Assembly (NCBI GenBank): GCA_951406725.2
Contig: OX597831.1
Location: 66,340,001-66,404,000 of the forward strand
Length of the DNA: 64,000 nt
Reading direction: 5' to 3'
DNA from: Octopus vulgaris
Lineage: Eukaryota
The translations under genes and the position numbers were made by a program. Positions 19,636 through 44,458 of this stretch are shown here, piece by piece (position 1 is the stretch's first letter; each line of letters starts with the position of its first letter). The notes under the pieces were generated by a model. The model did no database searches. It saw nothing but the letters and a program-made list of their open reading frames with translations, and was not told the DNA's origin.

Positions 19636-20010
19636 ACGGGAAGCTTTATGAAAAATAAACAAAAGACGAAGGCAGGTGGAAAACAAACGAACAATTGTAT
19701 TAGTATGGCGCTTTCAGGAAATATAAATAAAACAAGTCTTTAACGTTTCGAGGAGCCTACGCTTCTTCAACAGAAAGATACACAGAGAGAGAATATAACA
19801 CAGAAAGAAGGAAGAGAAAAATGCAGCGTGCAGTAGCTAACGAATCAACATGGCGATCTGATTTCGGCCAGAGGTCAAAGATCAAACATGGAGACGCGAG
19901 AGCGAAATAAGGGGAGATAATAGGGTTGGATAAAAGGGTTGGAGGGACCAGCTAAAAGTGCGTGGGAGGGGTCTGGATGTGTGTATGTATAGGGTTGGTA
20001 TGTATTAGTA
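19635..20010 (-). mobile_element. Penelope-like terminal (pLTR-type) fragment with a minimal hammerhead, flanked by (TA)n
   Basis: Minus strand reads tcttt-CTGTTGA-stem-GAAACGTT-aaaga, then a pyrimidine-rich stretch ending in (TA)n; same architecture as 42510-42745. Confidence 0.55.
19737..19778 (-). ncRNA. Minimal type I hammerhead ribozyme, variant core (CUGUUGA)
   Basis: Stem I TCTTT/AAAGA, GAAA, palindromic ACGT helix III; A6 is altered and stem II is irregular. Confidence 0.5.
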
Positions 20011-27458
<7,448 letters not shown>

Positions 27459-27679
27459 TACTCTTACTCTTTTACTCTTTACTTGTTTCAGCCATCCGGC
27501 TGAGGCCATGCTGGGGCACCGCCCTTGTTGCTACCCTCTCTAAGTCCAGTTTGCCGTGGCTGGCCACTGATCTAAGAGAGAGTTTGTAGCTGCTGCCCTT
27601 ACCTTCGTACCTTGCAGTGGGTTCATCTGGGATCCCGGAAAGCAGCTTGTCTAGATGTTTTTTTTGAAAATCTCCACAT
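27459..27679 (-). mobile_element. Family B LINE, short 3' fragment (B3)
   Basis: Reverse complement of 24072-24291 with a small deletion. Confidence 0.92.
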
Positions 27680-27684
27680 ATGTA

Positions 27685-27970
<286 letters not shown>

Positions 27971-28010
27971 TATATACATATATATGTATATATATATATA
28001 CATATATATG

Positions 28011-28099
<89 letters not shown>

Positions 28100-28107
28100 G
28101 TATATAA

Positions 28108-28140
<33 letters not shown>

Positions 28141-28142
28141 TA

Positions 28143-28211
<69 letters not shown>

Positions 28212-28213
<2 letters not shown>

Positions 28214-28610
28214 GGCATCCAAAGTTACTCCAACCGCAGAACGGGCGCCGCTGCGTGGTGCCAAGGATTCCAACATCACCATCAAAATACAGGTCCAGAT
28301 ACTGCAACAGCTTGGGTTTCAGAGGACCACAGCCCTTTAACATCCTCCCTAAATGCCTGAGAGACTTACATGGTGTGGTTGTGGGTTTCTTTAAAACTAA
28401 ACTGGATCTCTTCTTGTTGGGGAGTCCCAGATGAACCTACCTCACGACAGGAGACACGGATGCGGGCAGCAGCATCGAACTCCCTTGTTGATCAGGTGCC
28501 ACGTATCAGAGGTGGATTCACAAACTAGTGTAGGTCATTCAGCGGTGGTGCCCCAGCATGGCCACGGCCTTCGGGCTAAAACATTTTTAAGGATTTAAGG
28601 ATTTAAGGAT
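28212..28610 (+). mobile_element. CR1-like LINE family C, 3' fragment, (TTTAAGGA)n tail
   Basis: [10 protein letters not shown]...[27 protein letters not shown]...[19 protein letters not shown]; 3' UTR ggtgccccagcatggcc; distinct tail repeat. Confidence 0.9.
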
Positions 28611-28709
28611 ATATATATATATAAGTATATGTATATATATATATACATATATATGTATATATATATATATACATATATATGTATATATATATATCTATAT
28701 ATATTTATA

Positions 28710-29739
<1,030 letters not shown>

Positions 29740-29756
29740 GTATATATATATATACG

Positions 29757-29879
<123 letters not shown>

Positions 29880-29962
29880 GTATATATATATGTATATATA
29901 TATATATGTATATATATATGTATATATATATGTATATATATATATATGTATATATATATATG

Positions 29963-30019
<57 letters not shown>

Positions 30020-30102
30020 ATATATATGTATATATGTATATATATGTATATATAATTGTACATATATGTATATAATTGTATATATATGTATATATGTATA
30101 TA

Positions 30103-31906
30103 TAATTGTACATATTAGGCAACTTGATGTAGTTGTGTGTGCTACATATCGCCCTCCAGATGCCCCAAGCCATGTGGGCAAGTTTGAAGACTGCCTTATA
30201 AAAATAGAAGAAATTCTAACCACATTAGAACAACACATAGGTGTGCTTCTTATGGGAGACTTCAATCTGCCCAATGTCAGATGGCCCGAGGGCCTTTCTC
30301 TCCCAGGAATTACAAGATGTGAACGAGGACAGGCGAGGTCCCTCCTGAACCTCATCAACACCCTGTACATGGAGCAGGTAATACTCCAACCAACCAGGGC
30401 AGGTAACACACTGGATCTCTGCTTCACAAATGACATGGATCTCATCCATAATGTGAAAGTGACACCGACACTACTCTCGGATCACAACATGATAGAGCTG
30501 ACCATGTACGGGCCAAAAGAGAGCACGGACATGCAGCCTACAAGAAACCCTCAAAATCTTTCCAGCTTGAACTACAATAAGGCAAACTGGAAACAAATTG
30601 AGAAAGAGATCCTCAAACAAAACTGGCCTAAATGTCTCTCCTCGCCAGACATCGACGTGAAACTTCAACAATTCATGTCTGTAATGCAAGCCATATGCTA
30701 CAAATGTGTCCCAGAGAGAAAGGCCACTGTACACAAGAACAAAATCCCCAGAGAGAGGAAAATTTTAATGAGACGGCGTACGAAATTTTCAAATCGCCTA
30801 AACAAACAGATTGAAAGCAGTGAAAAGTCCCGCCTAAAAATAAAACTGTTGGAAATCGAAAAATGTCTGCAACTCTCCCATGAAAAAGAAAGAGCAGACA
30901 AAGAAGCCTGGGCTATAGAAAACATAAAATCTAACCCCAGAGCTTTCTACAGGTATGCCAAAGAAACGGCTACAGTGCACTGTAGAATAGGGCCACTCCT
31001 CGAAAAGGATGGCACACTTACAGGAAAACCAATGAGGGTAAGTGAAATACTGAATGAGCAATTCAAGTGTGTTTTCACTCCACCCTTGGGCATCTCCAAA
31101 TCACCAATCCAACTGACTTTTTTACCACTGCAGATATAAAATCAGAGGCGGCGACGATAGATTACATCGATATAAAGGAAGACGATGTAACCAAGGCTAT
31201 AGATGAAATGAAAACAGACTCAGCTACTGGCCCCGATGGATTCCCGGCAATCCTCCTAAAAGCATGTAAGAGAGTCCTAGCAAGACCACTGCAGTTCCTC
31301 TTTCAGAGCTTCCTTGCAGCTGGCAAACTTCCAGGAAAACTGAAGGAAGGTAAAATATGCCCCATTCATAAAGGAGGTAGCAGAGCGGAAGCCAAGAACT
31401 ATAGACCTATCTCTCTGACCTCACACATCAGCAAGGTCATGGAACGAATAGTCAGAAGGAAGCTGATCACCTTCCTTGAAGAGAATGACTTGCTGCCCGA
31501 CACCCAACATGGTTTCCGACCAGGGAGAAGCTGTTTAACTCAGCTCCTACAACACTATGACTGGGTGCTGAAACGGCTGCTCAACCACTCAAATGTGGAA
31601 GTGATATATCTCGACTTTGCAAAGGCCTTTGATAAAGTCGATCATGGAATGATATGTCACAAACTGCGTGATCTCAACATAGTTGGAAAACTAGGAGAAT
31701 GGCTTCATGACTTTCTGAAGGATAGAAGTCAGGTGGTAGTAGCCAATGGGGCCACCTCCATTAACACACAAAGAGTGAGCGGTGTTCCGCAGGGCACTGT
31801 TCTGGGACCACTACTGTTCATAATGGCCCTCTCAGACATGCCCTCAGCCACGCAGAGAGCCACGATCACAAGTTATGCAGATGATACAAAAGTTTCACAG
31901 GCAATA
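30103..31906 (+). mobile_element. Family A LINE internal fragment (A3), truncated at both ends
   Basis: ORFs 29832-31139 and 31067-32032 match A1 from IVHIRQ to [11 protein letters not shown]; 1-bp frameshift in a C run near 31085. Confidence 0.93.
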
Positions 31907-34566
<2,660 letters not shown>

Positions 34567-34709
34567 GATTTTAACCCACGCTGGTGGAAAGGAGAGCAGA
34601 AATTCTTCACTTGCTTATTTTGGGTTTGTTGGCACTGTTAGTAACGAGCGGATCTTTGAAAGGGTATGTTCTTACTTTCAGTGTTTCCAAATCCAAACCA
34701 AGGAATTTC

Positions 34710-34761
34710 TGAGCTGAAGATAGAAATGTTGTTTTAACTAATCTTGAAACGTACGTACTCA
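34710..34761 (+). ncRNA. Type I hammerhead ribozyme, copy 1 (predicted cleavage after 34757, GUA^)
   Basis: TGAG-CTGAAGA-[t aga aat gtt gtttt aac taa tct t]-GAA-ACGTACGT-A^CTCA; stem I TGAG/CTCA extends through AAGG/CCTT. Confidence 0.8.
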
Positions 34762-35255
34762 AATAACCTTAGCATTTGATTTTTTGATGTCCTTGCCCCC
34801 AAACTTTTGTGAGTTGAATTAAGCAAACACTATATATGAGAGAGATTTTCTTTAAGTATTAGAAATAGCTTTAAAAAAGTTTTTTAGCTGCTATTTCTAA
34901 TGAGTTCAGTATGCGGCGAAGTAATTTATTTTACTAAGCCCTTTTATATAATGTAATAATTTGAATTCGCCTTAAATGGTCCCTTTGCATACTGAACACT
35001 TGGTGAAATTGATTAATAATTAATTAATTTTACCCTCAATTGTTGAAATTATAATTAATCTCCCTCTAATTAATGCTTCGGATTTTACCGAAATAAGCAT
35101 AGCGTTTGATGATTTTAACCCACGCTGGTGGAAAGGGGAGAGCAGAAATTCTTCACTTGCTTATTTTGGGTTTGTTGGCACTGTTAGTAACGAGCGGATC
35201 TTCGAAAGGGTATGTTCTTACTTTCAGTGTTTCCAAATCCAAACCAAGGAATTTC

Positions 35256-35307
35256 TGAGCTGAAGATAGAAATGTTGTTTTAACTAATCTTGAAACGTAC
35301 GTACTCA
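35256..35307 (+). ncRNA. Type I hammerhead ribozyme, copy 2 (cleavage after 35303)
   Basis: Identical motif to copy 1. Confidence 0.8.
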
Positions 35308-35802
35308 AATAACCTTAGCATTTGATTTTCTGATGTCCTTGCCCCCAAACTTTTGTGAGTTGAATTAAGCAAACACTATATATGAGAGAGATTTTCTTTA
35401 AGTATTAGAAATAGCTTTAAAAAAAGTTTTTTAGCTGCTATTTCTAATGAGTTCAGTATGCGGCGAAGTAATTTATTTTACTAAGCCCTTTTATATAATG
35501 TAATAATTTGAATTCGCCTTAAATGGTCCCTTTGCATACTGAACACTTGGTGAAATTGATTAATAATTAATTAATTTTACCCTCAATTGTTGAAATTATA
35601 ATTAATCTCCCTCTAATTAATGCTTCGGATTTTACCGAAATAAGCATAGCGTTTGATGATTTTAACCCACGCTGGTGGAAAGGGGAGAGCAGAAATTCTT
35701 CACTTGCTTATTTTGGGTTTGTTGGCACTGTTAGTAACGAGCGGATCTTCGAAAGGGTATGTTCTTACTTTCAGTGTTTCCAAATCCAAACCAAGGAATT
35801 TC

Positions 35803-35854
35803 TGAGCTGAAGATAGAAATGTTGTTTTAACTAATCTTGAAACGTACGTACTCA
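35803..35854 (+). ncRNA. Type I hammerhead ribozyme, copy 3 (cleavage after 35850)
   Basis: Identical motif to copy 1. Confidence 0.8.
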
Positions 35855-36348
35855 AATAACCTTAGCATTTGATTTTTTGATGTCCTTACCCCCAAACTTT
35901 TGTGAGTTGAATTAAGCAAACACTATATATGAGAGAGATTTTCTTTAAGTATTAGAAATAGCTTTAAAAAAGTTTTTTAGCTGCTATTTCTAATGAGTTC
36001 AGTATGCGGCGAAGTAATTTATTTTACTAAGCCCTTTTATATAATGTAATAATTTGAATTCGCCTTAAATGGTCCCTTTGCATACTGAACACTTGGTGAA
36101 ATTGATTAATAATTAATTAATTTTACCCTCAATTGTTGAAATTATAATTAATCTCCCTCTAATTAATACTTCGGATTTTACCGAAATAAGCATAGCGTTT
36201 GATGATTTTAACCCACGCTGGTGGAAAGGGGAGAGCAGAAATTCTTCACTTGCTTATTTTGGGTTTGTTGGCACTGTTAGTAACGAGCGGATCTTCGAAA
36301 GGGTATGTTCTTACTTTCAGTGTTTCCAAATCCAAACCAAGGAATTTC

Positions 36349-36400
36349 TGAGCTGAAGATAGAAATGTTGTTTTAACTAATCTTGAAACGTACGTACTCA
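36349..36400 (+). ncRNA. Type I hammerhead ribozyme, copy 4 (cleavage after 36396)
   Basis: Identical motif to copy 1. Confidence 0.8.
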
Positions 36401-36686
36401 AATAACCTTAGCATTTGATTTTTTGATGTCCATGCCCCCAAACTTTTGTGAGTTGAATTAAGCAAACACTATATATGAGAGAGATTTTCTTTAAGTATTA
36501 GAAATAGCTTTAAAAAAGTTTTTTAGCTGCTATTTCTAATGAGTTCAGTATGCGGCGAAGTAATTTATTTTACTAAGCCCTTTTATATAATGTAATAATT
36601 TGAATTCGCCTTAAATGGTCCCTTTGCATACTGAACACTTGGTGAAATTGATTAATAATTAATTAATTTTACCCTCAATTGTTGAA

Positions 36687-37569
<883 letters not shown>

Positions 37570-38099
37570 AATGGAGTTATACACAAGTGTTATTCAAATC
37601 TTTATACTTCCTACATATGTTTCAAAGAAAACATTGGTATTATTCCAGAAGGAATAAAATGATGTAAAACAATGCAATCTTCTCACCAGGAAAAACAATG
37701 AGAAACAAAATGCATCAATAAGACATTTTAACCAAATATGATTACTGCATATATGATGAAGGGAATGCTGGTAAGTCATTTTTAAAAAAAAACTTAATAG
37801 ATATAACGTCAAAGGCAATTTATAGAAAGAGAAGGAGGAGGAAGAAAGAAATTATCAAAAAAAACTAAAAGTAGAGAAATATAGTGATAATTGAATAGGA
37901 ATGAAGATTAATGGTGCGGAAATAGATATATTTAGTGGAAGTGAAATGTAAAAAGACAGTTAAAGATCGAATTTTATAGATTGGTAGAAATCACTTATAG
38001 GAACTAAAGGTATGATTTTGCAACAATAAATGCGTTCTTTAAATGTGTTTACAACAGTATTCTCTGTTCATTGTTACAGAGCGAACAAAATGATTTACC

Positions 38100-39780
38100 T
38101 TTATCATAAAGAAAGGACAAAGATAGAATATTCATTCCAAATCAAATTGTTTATTATGTTCCTTTAGAGACCAAATTAATTTACTAAGCCCAGTACTGTT
38201 ACATTTATTGATATGTCTAAATGTAGAGTAATGGTTAAATATTCTTTTTGGACAACTGAGAAAGAATAACTACCTATGTAAAAAAAAGACATGTAATTTT
38301 ACATTGATAAACAGAGTTTCTAGTCTTAGAATTACTGCTAAGGTAACAAATGTGATTGGAATTTATATCAGAAATACTAATATTGTTGCTATCATTGTTC
38401 AAAGAACGACTAGTGTTAATAATATCAATGTTATTATTTTCATTAAGTGGATTTGTATTTAATAACTTATTGTTATGTGAAGAGATGATTTGTGAAAAGT
38501 TTTTGGTGTTTGAAAACCCTATCCTGATTTGGTGTGAACTTATAATGGAATAGTATCTTGAATTTTTGGGGAAATTCTTATCTATAGCTTCATGAAACTG
38601 GTAAGGGAGGTTGGATTTGATCTGCTTACCATATGGAATTATCAACCAAAAAGTTTTGCTAGGACATACCTTGTTATTAGGGTAATTATCTTTAAAAATC
38701 CTAGATGTACCTTTATAACAAAAAAGGGTCTTAAAGGACAGTTATCTGCCTTACGCTGCAGAATTACATTACTCAATTTATTGTTGTTATTCAAACAAAA
38801 ATTTAAATTGTTATTATCATTATGACTGGATTTCATGTCCTGATTAATAGAGGTAGAATTAATGTCAATAGGATTATTATAGGTAATTTTTTTTTATAGC
38901 CTGTTTTAAGTAAGGCAGAGTTATAAAATTCAGCTTTATTGTTGAAGATATCAACATTGGCAAAGTCTAAGTGAAATATTCCTAACTCAGTTCCTTGTAA
39001 CAGTCTTAAAATGATTACTGAAAGAGTTAATCATCATCATCATCATTGTTTAACGTCCACTTTCCATGCTGGCATGGGTTGGACAATTTGACTGAGGACT
39101 GGCAAACCAGATGGCTGCAACAGGCTCCAATCTGATCTGGCAGAGTTTCTACAGCTGGATGCCCTTCCTAATGCCAACCACTCCAAGAGTGTAGTGGGTG
39201 CTTTAACGTGCCACTGGCATGAGGGCCACTCAGGTACAGGTCCACTAAATTGGTCACCTGTGCTGAATCCAATGACCCCATAGTAATATCGAAGAAATTG
39301 GTGGAATCAGCCCTCTGCCAATTACGCTCATTGAAAAGGATGAGGGTCACCCTTGCTACTAAAATTAAATCAATATCCAAACTAGGGATATTCGCAAATT
39401 TCCGAGCAAAAATTAAAGCAATATAGGGGATATGGAAATGTAATAATTTGATATATCAAATTGGATAAAGTCTAAATTAGGCCTATCAGTAAGGGAGTCA
39501 AATCATAGGATAACGTCTCCAGTAAAATTCCACAAGGGAAGCTGAACCTTATCCCTCATGATGGGAATAATCCAATCGATAATATATTTACTAATATTTA
39601 CTAATTCTGCCCAAATTGGACTTGGGCAGATTAATCTAATCGAAGGTTTTGATAAAATATCAAACTTATAGTTCTTCAAGAGACAAACTAGAGATGATAT
39701 CTAGATGACTATCATTAATCTCTACTAAAGCATTTTTGCTTTCATGCTTATATCTGGAATTACACTCTTTCAAGATCAAG
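38100..39780 (-). mobile_element. Degenerate Penelope-like element (RT, linker and start of GIY-YIG), interrupted by a SINE
   Basis: KPSIRLICP, FFDITMGSLDSAQVTNLV (cf. FDVTMGSYDGAEVCELV), PYGKQIKSN...IDKNFPKNSRYYSII...IISSHNNKLL...NSVYQCKI. Confidence 0.8.
39030..39230 (-). mobile_element. RTE 3' end / RTE-related SINE with (GAT)n tail
   Basis: Matches 9415-9610. Confidence 0.85.
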
Positions 39781-39861
39781 TCATACAGACCCGTCAAGTC
39801 ATTATACAGAGGAAAACTCTTCATATACATAGAAGATCCAAAAATTAAACTACCAGCATCA

Positions 39862-39940
39862 ACTTGCTATAAAAGCAGGTAGTAATTTTACCTTGTCCTT
39901 ATTCTTAGGGCAAGTTTTGAAGAGTGCAGTTCAATTTTTT
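39862..39940 (+). mobile_element. Short mariner 5' UTR fragment
   Basis: acttgctataaaagcaggtagtaatttta...agttttgaagagtgca matches 2270-2340. Confidence 0.7.
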
Positions 39941-40275
39941 GCTTTGTTTAAAAGAAAAAATTTTTGTGTGTTTTTGGAGAAAGAGAAAAAGATAAGGACA
40001 AGCAAAAAAGAAAAGCAAAGAAAGCGAAAAAAAACATAGAGAGAGAGGTTTCTTTTCAATTACAATATATTGTTTGTTTTGAAGAAAAGAGAGGAAAAAA
40101 AGTAAAAAGTGGATAGGATAGTGAACATGGGCAAACAAAGAAGATTTATAATACGAAATACTGTTATTGTAAACATTGAGGATTGTAATTATCATGGGTC
40201 CTGATATAACTTATATGTATACTTATGCAAGTCCAACTTCTCTGCATTAAAATCTGAAATGTAAGATCCTCTCTA

Positions 40276-40397
40276 CCCTGATGAAGGAGGCTCATCTCAC
40301 CCTATGTTAAATGCACCTATAAGGCTGCATTTTGTGATAGACTAGATTTACCAACATTATTATGCATCACCGAGTCTCCAGAAATAGTTGTTGGACA
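40276..40397 (+). ncRNA. Degenerate hammerhead with a large stem II insertion
   Basis: CTGATGA-a-GGAGGCTC (40286-93)...GAGTCTCC (40372-79)-a-GAAA-tagttgt; stems I and III are decayed. Confidence 0.45.
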
Positions 40398-40526
40398 TAT
40401 AATACCTTTCTTCCACCCCTTTAAATTTCTCTGTCATTTGTACTCTGTGTAAATTGGACCTATTTATACATATAAATGCATCATCTCAAAGTTTCCAACT
40501 TCTGCTTTCTCTCATTCTGCATTAAT

Positions 40527-40770
40527 AGCAGCCGGTGGCACGTAAAAAGCACCAATCCGATCGTGGCCATTGCCAGCCTCGCCTGGCACATAGAAAGCAC
40601 CCACTACACTTACGGAGTGGTTGGCGTTAGGAAGGGCATCCAGCTGTAGAAGCTCTGCCAGATCAGATTGGAGCCTGTTGCAGCCATCTGGCTTCCCAAT
40701 TCCTGGTTGAACCGTCCAACCCGTGCTAGCATGGAGAACGGACGTTAAACGATGATGATGATGATGATGA
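40527..40770 (+). mobile_element. RTE 3' end / RTE-related SINE with (GAT)n tail
   Basis: ggcacgtaaaaagcacc...ttggcgttaggaagggcatccagc...ggacgttaaacgatgatgat. Confidence 0.88.
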
Positions 40771-40857
40771 TACATATTTTGTATTTGATGTACTTCATAT
40801 ATTTAATACGTGATGTGCCTTATTTGCTTATCTCAGTAATTGCTAACATACACACAC

Positions 40858-41550
40858 ATCATCATCATCATGATGCTAGCATGAGTTGGATAGTTTGTCT
40901 AAAGCTGGCAAGTAGAATAGCTGCACCAGGTTCCAATCTGATTGGTCTCTACAGCTGAATGTTCTTCCTAACACCAATCACTTTACAGTGTGTGTTGGGT
41001 ACTTTTAATGTGGCTCTGGCACGTGTGCTTCTATGTGGCGTTATCACAAGTGCTTTTTATGTGGTACCAGAACAGGGCTCTTGCAAGCCAACCCTCTTCA
41101 TCAAGGAGAACTGTATTAACACTTCTGCTGTGGAGGACACCTCTTCTTGAGTACAGCAAGGCACCAGGTATCTTGGTCCTTTGTCATCTCCTCCACAAGG
41201 TTGTTCATCAGTACTTTGTCCCATGTCTTCCTGAGTCTCCCTCCTCCATGAGTTCCATCCACTTTAAGTGATCAGCACTTCTTCATGGAACTGTCAACAT
41301 GGATCTGCCTAATGCCCAAACTAGTGCAGTATTTTCTCTTGCACATTGCATCTCATTCCTCTTACACCTAACTTTTTTCTCTCAGTATACTAGCACTCTA
41401 TTGCACATATACACTTACACTGCACATCCAGCAGAGCATACTACCTTATTCCTCTCTAGTCTTCAGATGTCCTCTACATTTTGGGCCCACATCTCACTAC
41501 CAAGTAGAATTACTGTTTGTATACATGTCTCATACAATCTTCCTTCACTG
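40858..41550 (-). mobile_element. Old degenerate RTE 3' fragment
   Basis: Minus strand GRLYETCIQTVILLGSEMWA..RLERNK matches GRFYDACVRTAMLHGNETWA..RLERNE of the 9663 ORF; decayed 3' UTR and (CAT)n on the plus strand. Confidence 0.7.
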
Positions 41551-42248
41551 GTAATTTTAAATGTGATCTTTGCTTTGAAGAAATGTATTATATAATTACT
41601 TTTAAATTAATATTTATTAAATTATGAAGGTAATTTTACATTCACAAATATAGAGAAGTGTTTAAATATTTCAATTCTAAATAACCCATTAATTATAATT
41701 GCTTTTCACAAAATATAATATGCAGAATTTTTCTAAAAATGTTTAGCATATTTAATAGATAAATAATTGTGATGTAGAATTTCTATGTTTCTAATTATTG
41801 TAACATAGAATTCATGTTTATTTTTTATTCTTTCACTATCAACTGATGTCATCACAAGTTACATACTAAACTGGCTTTTCTTAGAATATTATATTTCTTC
41901 TTAATGTTCTTTATGTAGGTGTTCATCTACAAGAGATATTTTCCTAGTTCCTTCTTAATTTAACCAATTTTGGATTGTCTTGATAACATTGTGCTAACAT
42001 GTACTTTTGGATTTATTAATTTGACTGATATTTTCAGTATCTAAATATGTTGACACAGCAGAAACCTTCATTAGTATTGTATGGTGTAGTCACCAATTAA
42101 AGATGTGTATTTCTCCATTCTTATTTTTGTTGTCTTATACACCAAATTTCTTGGAACTCTTCTCAATATGTAGACTGACTTATCACACATGAAGGATTGT
42201 CTTGGATGCTTTTTTCTACTTGCATTTATTACTCTTGGATATAGTTAA

Positions 42249-42475
42249 CCAAGTTCATTTAGTGTTTGCATTATTCTGCCAAAATTAATGCTTTTTCATC
42301 CACATTGTTTTGAACAAATCATGCATTATCTTGTAGCTATGAGATTTTGATGAGGTAGCTGTTAATTTTTAAAACGATATTGTAGGGTTAGTGTGAGAGA
42401 CCAGATCTGGCCAGTTTGAACATAAAACAGGCAGAATACTTTTGGCTGGATATGGCCGGTTTAAATGCTAAAGGG
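42249..42475. mobile_element. piggyBac-type MITE (left TIR damaged)
   Basis: Right end aaatgctaaaggg|TTAA; body matches 47892-48114. Confidence 0.8.
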
Positions 42476-42509
42476 TTAATGATATCTGCCTGGAATTTTT
42501 AATCCCTTT

Positions 42510-42745
42510 TACTTTACATATATATCATTCAAAATGTGTATCGTTGGCAATTTTTTTCCTCCGTCTTCCCTTCCTTGGATCTTTCCTTTTCCTAAGTTTC
42601 TGACGAAGAGCTTCGCTCGAAACGTTAAATCCTCCTTCTTTCTTTCCTTTCCGGAGCGTCCAATAACACTATACTTGTTCCACGTCCTCACGTTGTTGTG
42701 TTTTCTCTTTGTGTTTTCATGTTTGGATTAACTATATATACATAT
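42510..42745 (+). mobile_element. Penelope-like terminal fragment with a minimal hammerhead
   Basis: HHR at 42596-42630 followed by ~100 nt of pyrimidine-rich sequence ending in (TA)n. Confidence 0.55.
42596..42630 (+). ncRNA. Minimal type I hammerhead ribozyme with canonical core
   Basis: gttt-CTGACGA-a-GAGC ttc GCTC-GAA-ACGT-T^aaat. Confidence 0.75.
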
Positions 42746-43360
42746 ATATACACTGTTGCTACTACTGAACAATGTTTTTGATTTTTGATACTTTCTGAGT
42801 TTTCAAAGAAAACTGATAATCAATACATATAGTAATATAAAAAAATTAATAAAAGTTATAATGACTGATAAAGATTTGCTTGATAATGTCCTTATTTAAT
42901 TTTATTATTTCTTCAGAAGTATTCCATAGTTTTAAACTTTCAGAATGACATAAATTTAAAACACAAATAAGAAAAATTGTAAATTTTATTCAGTTCCATA
43001 ATTCTCAATGAATTCATGATATCTGTGATAATCTAATGTACGTTCAAATGGATCGTCTGTGATCAGAATATATCTGGAATGAAGTTGATTAAGACATCAA
43101 AACTTGGAGAAAATTAGATTTTGGTAATTTGCTAAGTGTGATCAAAGAATATTGGAAACAAATTCCCTTTTCAACCAGCTAGCACTATTCCATTTCACAT
43201 TCTGATATTTTGCAAAGTCACTGAGCAAAAAGTGTATCTTAATAGATATTAACCTGTTAATAATATTGTCGCATCTGTTTCTGAATGCATCAAGCTTAGA
43301 GTTCTATACATTAAATGAAAAGTAATGCACTCTGAAATAAAAGATATTGCAGCATATAAC

Positions 43361-43673
43361 CAATGGAGAAGTTCTTAAGAAGATCAGGCCAAAAATGTCG
43401 CTAGAAGCTAGGATCACCAAGCATAGATTGGCATATTTCAGTCATGTTATGCGGAGAAAATCCCTGGAGAAGGACATCATGCTCGGAATGGTCAGTGGCA
43501 AGAGAGGAAGAGGCCGACCAAGAACCCGCTGGCTTCACACTATCAAGAGGGATACCAGAATGGACATAGCCAATCTGAAAGAAGCGGCCCAGGATAGAAC
43601 TGACTGGAGGACACTGATCCAATGAGTAACCGAGAGTCGACTTCGACTGAGCGGATAGATAGATAGATAGATA
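43361..43673 (+). mobile_element. RTE LINE 3' fragment, (GATA)n tail, 12-bp TSD
   Basis: RLAYFSHVMRR..LEKDIMLGMVSGKRGRGRPRTRW; TSD gcagcatataac at 43349-60 and 43674-85. Confidence 0.9.
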
Positions 43674-43807
43674 GCAGCATATAACTAATAGGCTTTTATA
43701 GAATATTTAATGGAGAATAACTAAAACAGGTTTAATTCATTCATTTCATGAATCATAAAATTATGAAGCTGTCAGATATTTGTACAATCATTTAAACTTA
43801 TGATGAC

Positions 43808-43851
<44 letters not shown>

Positions 43852-43910
43852 ATGCATGCACACATATATATATAAGATCAGTAATAGGTATGTATATGAA
43901 CAAATCTGAA

Positions 43911-43941
<31 letters not shown>

Positions 43942-44060
43942 AAAGTTCAATATAGATAATATAGTGGAACAAGTCTCATAATTAGTCAATGCTAAGCAAT
44001 CACAAATAACAAAACACTAATCAATTATGCAAATATCAATGACATGTATCACATTAGTAT

Positions 44061-44110
44061 TTATTCTTTTATGTGTCTCAGCCTAGAGGCTGTGACCATG
44101 CTGGGGACCC
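44061..44110 (-). mobile_element. Isolated CR1-like/SINE 3' tail
   Basis: Reverse complement ccccagcatggtcacagcctctaggctgagac..aaaagaataa. Confidence 0.6.
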
Positions 44111-44298
44111 ATTACTATATATTATTTAGTAGAGTACATGCTTAGTTAACTTTTACAAGTATTTGGATTTTGACAATGCATTCTGGGTTAATATTATCAT
44201 AATGGTCATAAAATATTAAGATTATATATCGCTGGGTGAGTTATTCTCATGTGTGGTTAGAAATACAAGCGAAAGACTAAAAAAAAACATAAATATAG

Positions 44299-44340
<42 letters not shown>

Positions 44341-44401
44341 CTCTCCTATATTTATATATATATATATATTTGCTTTAATGATATCTGCCTGGAATTTTTT
44401 T

Positions 44402-44440
<39 letters not shown>

Positions 44441-44458
44441 CACACACAGATATATATA

